From: Vicinamibacteria bacterium
GTDB taxonomy: Bacteria > Acidobacteriota > Vicinamibacteria > Marinacidobacterales > Marinacidobacteraceae
DNA length: 64,000 nt
Direction of reading: 5' to 3'
NCBI GenBank assembly: GCA_965199715.1
Contig: OZ241322.1
Coordinates: 2,176,001-2,240,000, forward strand
Shown: piece after piece, positions 55,175 to 64,000 of the stretch
How the letters are laid out: each line of letters begins with the position of its first letter
How positions within the stretch are numbered: position 1 is the first letter of the stretch
Notes under the pieces: model-generated
Database searches by the model: none
What the model saw: only the letters and a program-made list of their open reading frames with translations
What the model was told of the DNA's origin: nothing
Program-made: the position numbers and the translations under genes

Positions 55175-56368
55175 ATGAGAGATTTCAGGAAATTCGTCCC
55201 TTCCGCGGTTCTCGCGGCCGCGTTCGTCGGCTTCGGCTGCCAGCCGCCCGCCGAGGACGCCGGCGGCGACATGGACATGATGGACCACGGCGGAATGCCG
55301 GACTACCACCCGGATCCGACCTGGCCGCTTCTGCCCTCGGACTGGCTGATCGGCGAGGTCTCGGGCATCGCGGTCGATCAGCACGACAACATCTGGATCA
55401 TTCAGCGGCCCCGCACGCTCAACGCCGACGAGGCCGGCCTCGCGCAGGATCCGCCGCTCACCGCGTGCTGCAACCCGGCGCCGCCCGTCCTCAAGTTCGA
55501 CGTGGAAGGACACCTGCTCGACAGTTGGGGCGGCGCGAACGGGTACCCGGGCGAGGGTTACGAATGGCCCGCGAGTGAGCACGGCATCTTCGTGGACCAC
55601 AACGACAACGTCTGGGTCGGCGGCAACGGTCCGGACGACCATCAGGTCATCAAGTTCAGCAACGACGGGACGTTCCTCATGCAGATCGGCCAAGCCGGCA
55701 TGACCGAGGGCAGCAACAGCACCCAGTATCTCGGCCGCCCCGCCGACATCGAGGTGGACCCCGAGACGAATGAGGCCTACATCGCCGACGGCTACCTGAA
55801 CAAGCGGGTCGTGGTGTTCGACGGGGACACCGGCGAGTACAAGCGCCACTGGGGCGCCTACGGCAACATGCCGTCCGACGACGACACCGGCGGGTTCGAG
55901 CCGGGCATGGAGCCGATCGACCAGTTCCGGACCCCGCTCCACGCGGTGCGCGTCGCCCGCGACGGCATGGTCTATGTCGCCGACCGGGTGAACAACCGCA
56001 TCCAGATCTTCCAGAAGGACGGCACCTACGTGGACGAGCTGATCGTCGAGGGCAACACGCTCGGCAACGGCTCCACCTGGGACCTCGAGCTCTCGCACGA
56101 CGACGCGCAGCAGCACCTGTTCAACGCGGACGGCGCGAACCAGCGCATCCACGTGATCGAGCGCGCCGACATGGAGGTCCTCGGCCACTTCGGGCGCCGG
56201 GGACGGCTCTCCGGGCAGTTCCACTGGGTCCACAACCTCGTCGTGGATTCCATGGGCAACATGTACACGGCCGAGGTGAACCAGGGCCGCCGGGCGCAGA
56301 AGTTCGTCCTCACGTTCGGCCACGATCACAGCGGCGACCCCCACGGCCACGAGGGTCACGGCCACTGA
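55175..56368 (+). CDS. NHL-repeat (peptidyl-alpha-hydroxyglycine lyase-like) lipoprotein
   Basis: Lipobox VGFGC, DPTWP, EHGIFVD, IADGY.N.R, VADRVNNRIQ, HNL..DS.GN. His-rich tail. Confidence 0.85.
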   Translation: MRDFRKFVPSAVLAAAFVGFGCQPPAEDAGGDMDMMDHGGMPDYHPDPTWPLLPSDWLIGEVSGIAVDQHDNIWIIQRPRTLNADEAGLAQDPPLTACCNPAPPVLKFDVEGHLLDSWGGANGYPGEGYEWPASEHGIFVDHNDNVWVGGNGPDDHQVIKFSNDGTFLMQIGQAGMTEGSNSTQYLGRPADIEVDPETNEAYIADGYLNKRVVVFDGDTGEYKRHWGAYGNMPSDDDTGGFEPGMEPIDQFRTPLHAVRVARDGMVYVADRVNNRIQIFQKDGTYVDELIVEGNTLGNGSTWDLELSHDDAQQHLFNADGANQRIHVIERADMEVLGHFGRRGRLSGQFHWVHNLVVDSMGNMYTAEVNQGRRAQKFVLTFGHDHSGDPHGHEGHGH

Positions 56369-57677
56369 GCCCCGGACCGGAGCCCGTCGCCGCGGGCTCC
56401 GGTCGCTCGCCTTCGCGCTGATCGCGGCGGTAGCGCCGGTCGTTCCGGCGGCGGCGCACGACATCCCGGACGAGATCCGGGTTCCGGTCTTCATCCGCGA
56501 CGTCGGGGACGAGAAGCACCTCGTCGCCCGGGTGCCGCTGCTCCTGCTGCTCTCGCTGGACGTCCCCAAGCGCGGCGCGGGATTCCTCGACCTCGAGCGC
56601 GCCGGCTCGTCGCTGCGGCGGGGAGCGGAGGCGTTCGCCCGGGAGGCGCCGCTTTTCGACCCGGACGGCGGCCTCCTTCCGTGGACCCTCCACGAAGTGC
56701 GGGTGGCGCTGCCGTGGGACCGGTCGTTCACGTCGTTCGACGCGGCGCTCGCGAAGGTCCGCTCGGGGCCGCTGTCCGCCGACGACCAGGTCTTCTGGAA
56801 CCAGGGCTTCCTCGACCTCCACCTGAGCTACCCCAATCCCGACGGCAGCGTCTCGGTCGAATGCAACGTGGCTCCCGGATTCGGGGAGCGAGTGGCGCTC
56901 GACGTCATCCACGAGCGGCCGGGCGACGACGGCGAGACCGAGAGCCGGCTCTACCACGTGAGCGTCCGCGAGGGTCGGGTGGTGCTGGACCCGTCCAGCC
57001 TCCAGGCGGCCCGGTATTTCTTCCGGTCCGGCGTGGAGCACATCCTCACCGGCTGGGACCACCTGCTGTTCCTCGGGTGCCTCATCGCCCCCTTCGGGCG
57101 CCTGGACATGCTGCGGAAGCTGCTGCTGGTAGTGACCGGATTCACGGTCGCCCACTCGGTGACGCTGGTCTCGGCGGCGCTCGGACACGCTCCGGCGGCG
57201 CTTTGGTTCACCCCGCTCGTGGAGGCCGTGGTCGCGCTGTCGATCCTCTACACCGCGGTCGAGAACTTCTTCGACGTGGGCGCGTTGCGCCGGGCGCTGC
57301 TCGCGCTCGCGTTCGGGCTCTTCCACGGGTTCGGCTTCGCCTTCGCGCTCGGCGAGTCGCTGACCTTCGCCGGCGAGCACGTCCCGCTCGCGCTCTTCTC
57401 GTTCAACCTCGGCGTCGAGGCGGGACAGGTGGCGGTGGTGCTGGCGCTCGTGCCGCTGCTCAGCCTCGCTTCGCGATACCGCCGGCCGGCGACGCTCGTC
57501 TTCTCGGTCTTCGCCGGCCATGTCGCGTTGCACCTCGCCGGAGACCGGCTCGGCGAGCTGCAGGTCGCGTGGAGCCTCGCGGGGAACCCGCCGCCGGAGT
57601 GGTCGTGGTTCCTGTGGCCGCTCGCGGCGGCCGGAGCGGCCGGCTGGATCCTCGTCTGGCGGCGCCGAGCCGCCTGA
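56358..57677 (+). CDS. HupE/UreJ-family membrane protein with periplasmic N-domain (start codon uncertain)
   Basis: Signal ...PAAA-HDIP, GVEHILTGWDHLLF, FTVAHSVTL, FGLFHGFGFA, FNLGVEAGQ. First canonical start is only at 56532. Confidence 0.82.
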   Translation, partial: TATEPRTGARRRGLRSLAFALIAAVAPVVPAAAHDIPDEIRVPVFIRDVGDEKHLVARVPLLLLLSLDVPKRGAGFLDLERAGSSLRRGAEAFAREAPLFDPDGGLLPWTLHEVRVALPWDRSFTSFDAALAKVRSGPLSADDQVFWNQGFLDLHLSYPNPDGSVSVECNVAPGFGERVALDVIHERPGDDGETESRLYHVSVREGRVVLDPSSLQAARYFFRSGVEHILTGWDHLLFLGCLIAPFGRLDMLRKLLLVVTGFTVAHSVTLVSAALGHAPAALWFTPLVEAVVALSILYTAVENFFDVGALRRALLALAFGLFHGFGFAFALGESLTFAGEHVPLALFSFNLGVEAGQVAVVLALVPLLSLASRYRRPATLVFSVFAGHVALHLAGDRLGELQVAWSLAGNPPPEWSWFLWPLAAAGAAGWILVWRRRAA

Positions 57678-57705
57678 GCGGCGCTGCTAGCCTTCCGCCC
57701 GCACC

Positions 57706-58752
57706 ATGCACGTCGAACGAGTCCAGCGATCCCGCCTCCCCGAGGTGGATCTCGCGAACGTGGATTTCGGTCGGGTGTACAGCGACCACATGCTGGAGGC
57801 GACGTTCCGCGACGGCGCCTGGGAGGAGCCGCGCATCGTCCCGTTCGGGAACCTGGAGCTCCATCCGGCGACCGCGGTGTTCCACTACGCGCAGGCGATC
57901 TTCGAGGGCATGAAGGCGCACCTCACCGACGACGGCGAGCCGGTGCTGTTCCGCCCGAGGGAGAACTGGCTGCGGATGAACCGCTCGGCCCGGCGGATGG
58001 TCATGGAGGAGATCCCCGAATCGGTGTTCCTCGACGGGCTGCGCGAGCTGGTTCGCGCGGACCGCGGCTGGATTCCGCCGAACCGGCACGGCTCGCTGTA
58101 TCTGCGGCCCTTCCTGTTCGCGTCGGTGCCGTGGATCGGCGTGGGGCCGTCGGGGGAGTACCGGTTCCTCGTCATCTCGGCCCCGGTCGGGGCCTACTAC
58201 TCGGGCGCGGTGCGGCTGTTCGTCACCCGGCGCTGGATCCGCGCCGCCGAGGGCGGGATCGGCGAAGCGAAGGCCGCCGGCAACTACTCGGCCAGCTACT
58301 ACGGCATGAAGGAGGCCCGCGAGCATGGCTGCGACAACGTCATGTGGCTGGACGCGAAGGAGCACCGATACGTCGAGGAGTGCGGCACGATGAACATGAT
58401 GTTCGTCCTCGGCGACCGGGTCGTGACGCCGAGCCTCGGAGGGACGATCCTGCCGGGGATCACCCGCGACAGCGCGATGCGCATCCTCCGGGAGCAGATG
58501 GGCGTGGAGGTGGAGGAGCGCCCGATCTCGATCGAGGAGGTGGCGGAAGCGGGGGCGGCGGGGACGCTGCGCGAGTGCTTCGGCGTCGGAACGGCGGCGG
58601 TCGTGACTGCGGTCTCGGCGCTCGTCGGCGGCGGCTGCGACGTAGCCGTGCCCGATCCCGGCCCGATCCAGCGCGAGCTCCGGCAGCGGCTCACCGACAT
58701 CCGCCTCGGGCGCGCGCCCGATCCCTGGGGTTGGGTGGAACGGCTCGGCTAG
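57706..58752 (+). CDS. ilvE: Branched-chain amino acid aminotransferase
   Basis: HYAQAIFEGMKA, LYLRP, AKAAGNY, EECGTMN, ILPGITR, GTAA. Confidence 0.95.
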   Translation: MHVERVQRSRLPEVDLANVDFGRVYSDHMLEATFRDGAWEEPRIVPFGNLELHPATAVFHYAQAIFEGMKAHLTDDGEPVLFRPRENWLRMNRSARRMVMEEIPESVFLDGLRELVRADRGWIPPNRHGSLYLRPFLFASVPWIGVGPSGEYRFLVISAPVGAYYSGAVRLFVTRRWIRAAEGGIGEAKAAGNYSASYYGMKEAREHGCDNVMWLDAKEHRYVEECGTMNMMFVLGDRVVTPSLGGTILPGITRDSAMRILREQMGVEVEERPISIEEVAEAGAAGTLRECFGVGTAAVVTAVSALVGGGCDVAVPDPGPIQRELRQRLTDIRLGRAPDPWGWVERLG

Positions 58753-59948
58753 CGGCGGCGCTCGCGCTCGCCGCGGCCTGCGCCCCCGCCGAGTCCCCGG
58801 TTCCCGGCCTCGACCGGATCGTCCGGGAAGGGCCGGGAGACCTCGAGGGCCTTCGGGTCGGGCTGATCTCGAACCACACCGGGCGCACGCGGGACGGCGT
58901 TCCGGCGGCGCGGGCCCTTCTCGACGCGGGCGTGGAGGTGCGGGTGCTGTTCGGCCCCGAGCACGGGTTCTCCGGAGCCGTCGCGGCGGGCGACGACGTG
59001 GAGTCGGGCCGCGACCCGGGCACCGGCCTGCCCATCGTCAGCCTCTACGGCGCGGAGTTCGCGCCCGATCCGGAGACGCTCGCCGGCCTCGACGCGCTGG
59101 TCTTCGATATCCAGGACGTCGGGGTTCGTTTCTACACCTACATTTCGACGCTGCGCCTCGCGCTCGGGGCCGCGGGCGAGGCCGGCCTTGGGTTCTGGGT
59201 GCTCGACCGCCCGAACCCGAACCGGGGCGACCGGGTCGAGGGGCCGATGCTGGACCCCGCGTTCCGCTCCTTCGTCGGCGCGGACCGGCTCCCGCTGCTC
59301 CACGGGATGACCGTGGGCGAACTGGCGCTTCTCTTCGGCCATCGCCTCGGCCTCGGCGACTCCGTCCGGGTCGTGCCGGTCGCGAACCTGGCGCGGGCGA
59401 CCCCGTGGGGCGACGCGCCGTGGAACCCGACCTCGCCGAACGTCCCGACGCTGCACGCGGCGCAGGTCTATCCGGCGTTCGGCCTCTTCGAGGGAGTGGC
59501 TCTCTCCGAGGGGCGCGGCACGGCGACGCCCTTCGAGCTCGTCGGCGCGCCGTGGGCGGACCCGGCTCGCTGGCTCGCGAACCTCGGCGCCGTCCCCGGA
59601 CTGCGCCTCGAGCCCGCGTCGTTCACGCCGAGGCCTTCCGCCGCCGCGCCCCGTCCCCGGTTCGCCGGCGAGGAAGTCCACGGCCTGCGGATCGCGCTCG
59701 AGGACCTGGACGCCTTCCGCCCGGTTCGGGCCGGCCTCGCCGCCATCGAAGCGGTCCGCGCCGCGCACCCGGACGAGTTCGGCTGGCGCGAGACCGAGCG
59801 CGGCTTCTGGATCGACCGGCTTCTTGGAACCGACCGCATCCGGATGGGGATCGAGGCGGGGGTTCCGGTCTCCCGGCTCATGGACCCGGAGGCTCCCGCG
59901 GTGGAGGCGTTCCTCGAGGAGCGCCGCCCGTTTCTCCTGTATCCGTGA
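58731..59948 (+). CDS. namZ: DUF1343 exo-beta-N-acetylmuramidase (NamZ-like), lipoprotein
   Basis: VGLISNHT, LFGPEHG, SLYG, DIQDVGVRFYTY, LDRPNP, HGMTVGELA, SPN, SEGRGT..PF. Confidence 0.88.
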   Translation: MGGTARLAAALALAAACAPAESPVPGLDRIVREGPGDLEGLRVGLISNHTGRTRDGVPAARALLDAGVEVRVLFGPEHGFSGAVAAGDDVESGRDPGTGLPIVSLYGAEFAPDPETLAGLDALVFDIQDVGVRFYTYISTLRLALGAAGEAGLGFWVLDRPNPNRGDRVEGPMLDPAFRSFVGADRLPLLHGMTVGELALLFGHRLGLGDSVRVVPVANLARATPWGDAPWNPTSPNVPTLHAAQVYPAFGLFEGVALSEGRGTATPFELVGAPWADPARWLANLGAVPGLRLEPASFTPRPSAAAPRPRFAGEEVHGLRIALEDLDAFRPVRAGLAAIEAVRAAHPDEFGWRETERGFWIDRLLGTDRIRMGIEAGVPVSRLMDPEAPAVEAFLEERRPFLLYP

Positions 59949-60787
59949 TGCGCGAGGCGCCGGTCGCCGCCGGCCTGTTCCTCGCGACGCTGGCCAGCAC
60001 GATGTGGGTCGGAGCGCTCTTCTTCGGCTCCGGCGTCGCCTACTCGCTGCCGCTGCTGGCGATCCTCCTCAGCCACGAGGTGGGGCACTGGCTGACCGCC
60101 CGGCGCTGGCGGGTGGACGCGAGCCTGCCGTACTTCCTCCCGATGCCGTTCACGCTGGTGGGCACGCTCGGCGCGTTCATCCGCATCCGCTCGCCGTTCC
60201 CCGACCGGCGATCGCTGATCGACGTGGGGCTCGCCGGCCCGTTCGCCGGGTTCGTGGTCTGTCTTCCGTTCCTCGCGCTGGGGGTGGCCGGCTCCCACGC
60301 CGGGCCTTCGGTCGAGGACGCGATCCGCTTCGGCGAGCCGCTGCTGTTCCGGATGTTCGCGGCCGCATTCGGGCCGGCGCTCGGGGAAGGGGAGTCGCTC
60401 TACCTGGGTCCGATGGGCCTCGCCGCCTGGTTCGGGCTGCTGGTCACCGCGATCAACCTGCTCCCGATGGGGCAGCTCGACGGCGGCCACGCGCTCTACG
60501 CGGCGTTCCGGGAGCGGGCGCATCGGATCTCGCGCCTCGTCCACCTCGCGATGATCCCGCTCGCGTGGTGGTCCCCCTCGTGGCTCGTCTGGGGCCTCCT
60601 GTGCCTGCTGCTCGGCGCCCGCCGCCCGCACCCGCCGACGCTCGACGACGAGGCGCCGCTGCCGAAGAGCCGCGTCCTCATGGCGGTCGCCGGAGTCGCG
60701 GTGTTCGTTCTGTGCTTCACCCCGGAACCGGTCGTCTTCGACTGGGCGGACGTGCTTCCCGTTGACAGGCCGGGAACCGAACCCTAA
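59948..60787 (+). CDS. Site-2 protease (M50) family
   Basis: HEVGH, PYFLP, GTLGAFI, AGP, NLLPMGQLDGGH. Confidence 0.92.
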   Translation: MREAPVAAGLFLATLASTMWVGALFFGSGVAYSLPLLAILLSHEVGHWLTARRWRVDASLPYFLPMPFTLVGTLGAFIRIRSPFPDRRSLIDVGLAGPFAGFVVCLPFLALGVAGSHAGPSVEDAIRFGEPLLFRMFAAAFGPALGEGESLYLGPMGLAAWFGLLVTAINLLPMGQLDGGHALYAAFRERAHRISRLVHLAMIPLAWWSPSWLVWGLLCLLLGARRPHPPTLDDEAPLPKSRVLMAVAGVAVFVLCFTPEPVVFDWADVLPVDRPGTEP

Positions 60788-60790
60788 CTT
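60762..60790 (+). promoter_or_regulatory. Sigma70 promoter of the leu operon
   Basis: TTGACA (60762) - 17 nt - TAACTT (60785). Confidence 0.7.
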
Positions 60791-60820
60791 TCCCGATGCG
60801 GGCCGCGCCCGCACCCCGCC

Positions 60821-61987
60821 ATGACCCCCGAACAACCCGACCGCGTCCGCATCTTCGACACGACGCTCCGGGACGGCGAGCAGTCGCCCGGATGCAGCAT
60901 GGGTCTCGACGCCAAGCTCGAGATGGCTCGTCAGTTGGCGCGACTTCGGGTGGACGTCATCGAAGCCGGATTTCCCGCCGTCTCCGAGGGGGACCGGGAG
61001 GCCGTGCGCCGCATCGCCGGCGAGATCGAGGGACCGCGCATCGCGGCGCTCGCCCGCTGCGTGCATGGCGATATCGAAGTCGCCTGGGAGTCGCTGCGGG
61101 AGGCGCCCCGGCCCCGGCTGCATGTATTCCTCGCGACGAGCGCGCTCCACCGGGAGTTCAAGCTGCGGATGGCCCGAAAGGAGATCGTCCGCCGGACGGT
61201 CGAGTCGGTGGGCCACGCCCGCGGCCTCGCCGGCGACGTGGAGTTCTCGCCCGAGGACGGCTCGCGCACCGAGCCGGACTTCCTCGCCGAGGTCGTCGAG
61301 TGCGCCATCGAGGCCGGCGCGACGACCGTGAACATCCCCGACACCGTGGGCTACGCGATGCCGGACGAGTTCCACGCGCTCATCTCCCACCTCCGGCGCA
61401 CCGTCCCCAACATCGGCGAGGCGGTCATCAGCGTCCACTGCCACAACGACCTCGGCATGGCGGTCGCGAACAGCCTCGCGGCGGTCCGGGCCGGGGCGCG
61501 GCAGGTGGAGTGCACCGTGAACGGGATCGGCGAGCGGGCGGGGAACGCCTCGCTCGAGGAGGTCGTGATGAGCCTGCGCACCCGGCCGGACGTGTACGGC
61601 GTCGAGACCGGGGTCGCGACCCGCGAACTGTGCGCGGCCAGCCGCCGCCTCAGCCGCCTCACCGGGATGGCGGTTCAGCCGAACAAGGCCATCGTGGGCG
61701 CGAACGCCTTCGCCCACGAGGCGGGCATCCACCAGCACGGCGTGCTCAGCAACCGCCTGACGTACGAGATCATGGAGGCGGCCGACGTGGGGGCCGACAG
61801 CGTCCTCGTGCTCGGCAAGCACAGCGGCCGGCACGCGCTCCGCTCGCGCCTCGAGGAACTCGGGTTCCGGGTGGCGGACGAGGAGATGAGCGGCGTGTTC
61901 CGCGACTTCAAGCGGCTCGCCGACCGGCGCAAGGAACTCGACGACGCCGACCTGACCACGCTCATGGCGCAGCGGCGCCGGGCCTGA
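60821..61987 (+). CDS. leuA: 2-isopropylmalate synthase (short form, no C-terminal regulatory domain)
   Basis: [46 protein letters not shown]. Lies upstream of leuCD. Confidence 0.93.
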   Translation: MTPEQPDRVRIFDTTLRDGEQSPGCSMGLDAKLEMARQLARLRVDVIEAGFPAVSEGDREAVRRIAGEIEGPRIAALARCVHGDIEVAWESLREAPRPRLHVFLATSALHREFKLRMARKEIVRRTVESVGHARGLAGDVEFSPEDGSRTEPDFLAEVVECAIEAGATTVNIPDTVGYAMPDEFHALISHLRRTVPNIGEAVISVHCHNDLGMAVANSLAAVRAGARQVECTVNGIGERAGNASLEEVVMSLRTRPDVYGVETGVATRELCAASRRLSRLTGMAVQPNKAIVGANAFAHEAGIHQHGVLSNRLTYEIMEAADVGADSVLVLGKHSGRHALRSRLEELGFRVADEEMSGVFRDFKRLADRRKELDDADLTTLMAQRRRA

Positions 61988-61999
61988 CCCCCCCCCCCC
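61988..61999 (+). repeat. C12 homopolymer
   Basis: TGA-CCCCCCCCCCCC-G directly after the leuA stop. Confidence 0.9.
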
Positions 62000-62004
62000 G
62001 TTCC

Positions 62005-62523
62005 TTGCCCGCCGCGCGCAGTCCCCGGGAGTCGCTCGAGAAGCGCCCGCTCCGCGTGCTGAAGGGCGTGGTGGAGGCCACGACTCCCGAGGCGCTCGCG
62101 GAGGCGGTCGGCCCGCTGGTGGCGAAGCGCCATCCGATCGAGGACTACCGCGCCGCCGCCCGGATCCTCGTCCGCGAGCGGGAGGTCGCCCGCGCCGAGC
62201 GCACCGGCGAGCCGATCCTCAGCGACGCCGAGAGCGGGGCGCTGCGCCGGGCGGCGAGCCGGCTCATCGGGCTGTCGCGGCCGTCGCCGCTCGCCGGACT
62301 CGCCGAGCCGGCCTTCCGGAAGATCGCCGCCGAGCGGAACCTCGAGAAGCTGGCGGAGCGGCTCGCCGAGCTGGACCCCGACGGCGGTTGGGAGGCGGCG
62401 CCCCGGGTCAGCCCGCTGCTCGCGATCCACCTCATCGCGGTCGTCACCGAGGAGGACCGCCGCTACCGGATCAAGGAGGCGGAGGACGCCGCCCGAACCG
62501 GCGCGCTTCGGGAGACCGCGTGA
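62005..62523 (+). CDS. Hypothetical helical protein inside the leu operon (start TTG 62005 or CTG 61984)
   Basis: High-GC3 coding-like frame filling the leuA-leuC gap. Stop overlaps the leuC GTG. Confidence 0.7.
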   Translation: MPAARSPRESLEKRPLRVLKGVVEATTPEALAEAVGPLVAKRHPIEDYRAAARILVREREVARAERTGEPILSDAESGALRRAASRLIGLSRPSPLAGLAEPAFRKIAAERNLEKLAERLAELDPDGGWEAAPRVSPLLAIHLIAVVTEEDRRYRIKEAEDAARTGALRETA

Positions 62524-63905
62524 GCCGCACTCTCTTCGACCGCATCTGGGACGCCCACGAGGCGCTTCCCGCCGGGTCCGACCATCCCGCGATCATCCGG
62601 GTGGACGTCCACCTCATCCACGAGGTCACCTCCCCGCAGGCGTTCACGCTGCTCCGCGAGCGCGGCCTTTCCGTCCGCCGACCGGACCGGACGTTCGCGA
62701 CGACGGACCACTCGACGCCCACCCGGTTCCGGGACGGCCGGCCGGTCTGGCTCGACCGGGCCGCGAAGCGGCAGGTAGCCGAGCTCCAGCGCAACTGCGA
62801 GGAGCACGACATCCCGATCTTCCCGCTCGGGGACCGCCGCCAGGGGATCGTGCACGTCATCGGGCCGGAGCTCGGGCTGACCCGGCCGGGCGACGTGCTC
62901 GTGTGCGGCGACAGCCACACGAGCACCCACGGCGCGTTCGGAGCGTGGGCGTTCGGGATCGGGACCAGCGAGGTCGCGCAGGTGCTCGCGACCCAGCATC
63001 TGCTCCAGGAGCGCCCGAAGACGCTCGCGGTGGAGGTCTCGGGCCGGCTCGCCGCCGGGGTGACCGCGAAGGACCTCGCGCTCGGGATCATCCGCCGGAT
63101 CGGGGTCGATGGCGGGCGTGGCCACGTCATCGAGTACCGGGGCGAAGCGGTGCGCGGGCTCGGCATGGAAGCGCGGATGACGCTTTGCAACATGTCGATC
63201 GAGGCCGGCGCGCGGGCCGGGCTGATCGCGCCGGACGAGACCGCCTTCGCGTGGATCGAGGGCCGCGAGTACGCCCCGAAGGACTTCGACGGGGCGGTCC
63301 GCCGCTGGCGCGCGCTCGCGACCGACGAGGACGCCGTCTTCGACCGGACCCGGACGCTCGACGCCGGTACGCTCCAGCCGATGGTGACGTGGGGCACGAA
63401 CCCGGGGATGAGCTGCGGGGTCGGCGAGGCGGTGCCGGCTCCCGACGGGCCCGAGGCGCGGGCGGCGCTCGAGTACATGGGGATCGAGCCGGAACGCCCC
63501 ATCGCCGGGCGCCCGGTGGACGTGGTCTTCATCGGGAGCTGCACGAACTCGCGGATCTCCGACCTGCGCGCCGCGGCGGACGTGCTGCGCGGCCGGAAGA
63601 CGCATCCGAACACGACCCTGCTGGTGGTGCCGGGGTCCGTCCAGGTCCGCGACCAGGCGCGGCGCGAGCGGCTCGACGAGGTGTTCGTGAGCGCCGGCGC
63701 CGAGTGGCGCGAGCCGGGCTGCTCGATGTGCATCGCGATGAACGGGGACCGGCTGGATCCGGGCCAGCTCGCGGTTTCGACCAGCAACCGCAACTTCGAG
63801 GGCCGGCAGGGCCCCCGCGGCCGGACGATCCTCGCGTCGCCGCAGACCGCGGCCGCGTCGGCGGTGCGGGGCGCGGTCGCCGACCCGAGGGAATTCGCCC
63901 GATGA
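62520..63905 (+). CDS. leuC: 3-isopropylmalate dehydratase large subunit
   Basis: [50 protein letters not shown]. Confidence 0.97.
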   Translation: MSRTLFDRIWDAHEALPAGSDHPAIIRVDVHLIHEVTSPQAFTLLRERGLSVRRPDRTFATTDHSTPTRFRDGRPVWLDRAAKRQVAELQRNCEEHDIPIFPLGDRRQGIVHVIGPELGLTRPGDVLVCGDSHTSTHGAFGAWAFGIGTSEVAQVLATQHLLQERPKTLAVEVSGRLAAGVTAKDLALGIIRRIGVDGGRGHVIEYRGEAVRGLGMEARMTLCNMSIEAGARAGLIAPDETAFAWIEGREYAPKDFDGAVRRWRALATDEDAVFDRTRTLDAGTLQPMVTWGTNPGMSCGVGEAVPAPDGPEARAALEYMGIEPERPIAGRPVDVVFIGSCTNSRISDLRAAADVLRGRKTHPNTTLLVVPGSVQVRDQARRERLDEVFVSAGAEWREPGCSMCIAMNGDRLDPGQLAVSTSNRNFEGRQGPRGRTILASPQTAAASAVRGAVADPREFAR

Positions 63906-64000
63906 AGCCCGTCCGCAGCTTCCGCTCCCGCGCCGTGGTGCTGCCGGCGGACCACGTGGACACCGACCAGATCATCCCGGCGCGCTTCTTGACCGCGACC
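63902..64000 (+). CDS. leuD: 3-isopropylmalate dehydratase small subunit (partial)
   Basis: MKPVRSF...[18 protein letters not shown] overlap with leuC. Confidence 0.93.
   Translation, partial: MKPVRSFRSRAVVLPADHVDTDQIIPARFLTAT

Noticed and set aside
60796-62523. 575-aa ORF starting just after the leu promoter and overlapping leuA in another frame
   Set aside because: The overlapping part has shadow-frame composition. Only the portion after leuA looks like a real protein.

Overview
Very GC-rich bacterial DNA. Gene content (GWxTD protein, MacA/MacB-type adaptor and ATPase without a permease, VPS10/BNR protein, TauD, NHL, FN3 and Cache lipoproteins) points to an Acidobacteriota member, possibly a marine host-associated or sponge symbiont. 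That assignment is inference. About 40 intact genes: a sigma-54 two-component pair, secreted peptidases and hydrolases, ggt, ligA, fabI, ilvE, leuA-leuC-leuD and peptidoglycan-recycling enzymes. Decaying accessory DNA is interspersed: a HEPN-like gene, an SNF2 helicase, an IS3 fragment, a PIN toxin pair, an MBL hydrolase, an IS256, a ZorE-like HNH tail, an FN3 surface protein and a Cache paralog. Most notable: (1) a single-chain AddB-AddA helicase-nuclease fusion lacking Fe-S cysteines, followed by a separate, catalytically degenerate nuclease-like ORF and driven from a palindromic bidirectional leaderless promoter; (2) a strong A:T->G:C substitution signature across the pseudogenes; (3) LigA with a duplicated HhH block; (4) a C12 tract and an orphan gene inside the leu operon; (5) stand-alone Cache-domain lipoproteins; (6) many apparently leaderless genes. 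No rRNA, tRNA or CRISPR array was seen. All family assignments come from motif recognition, not database searches.
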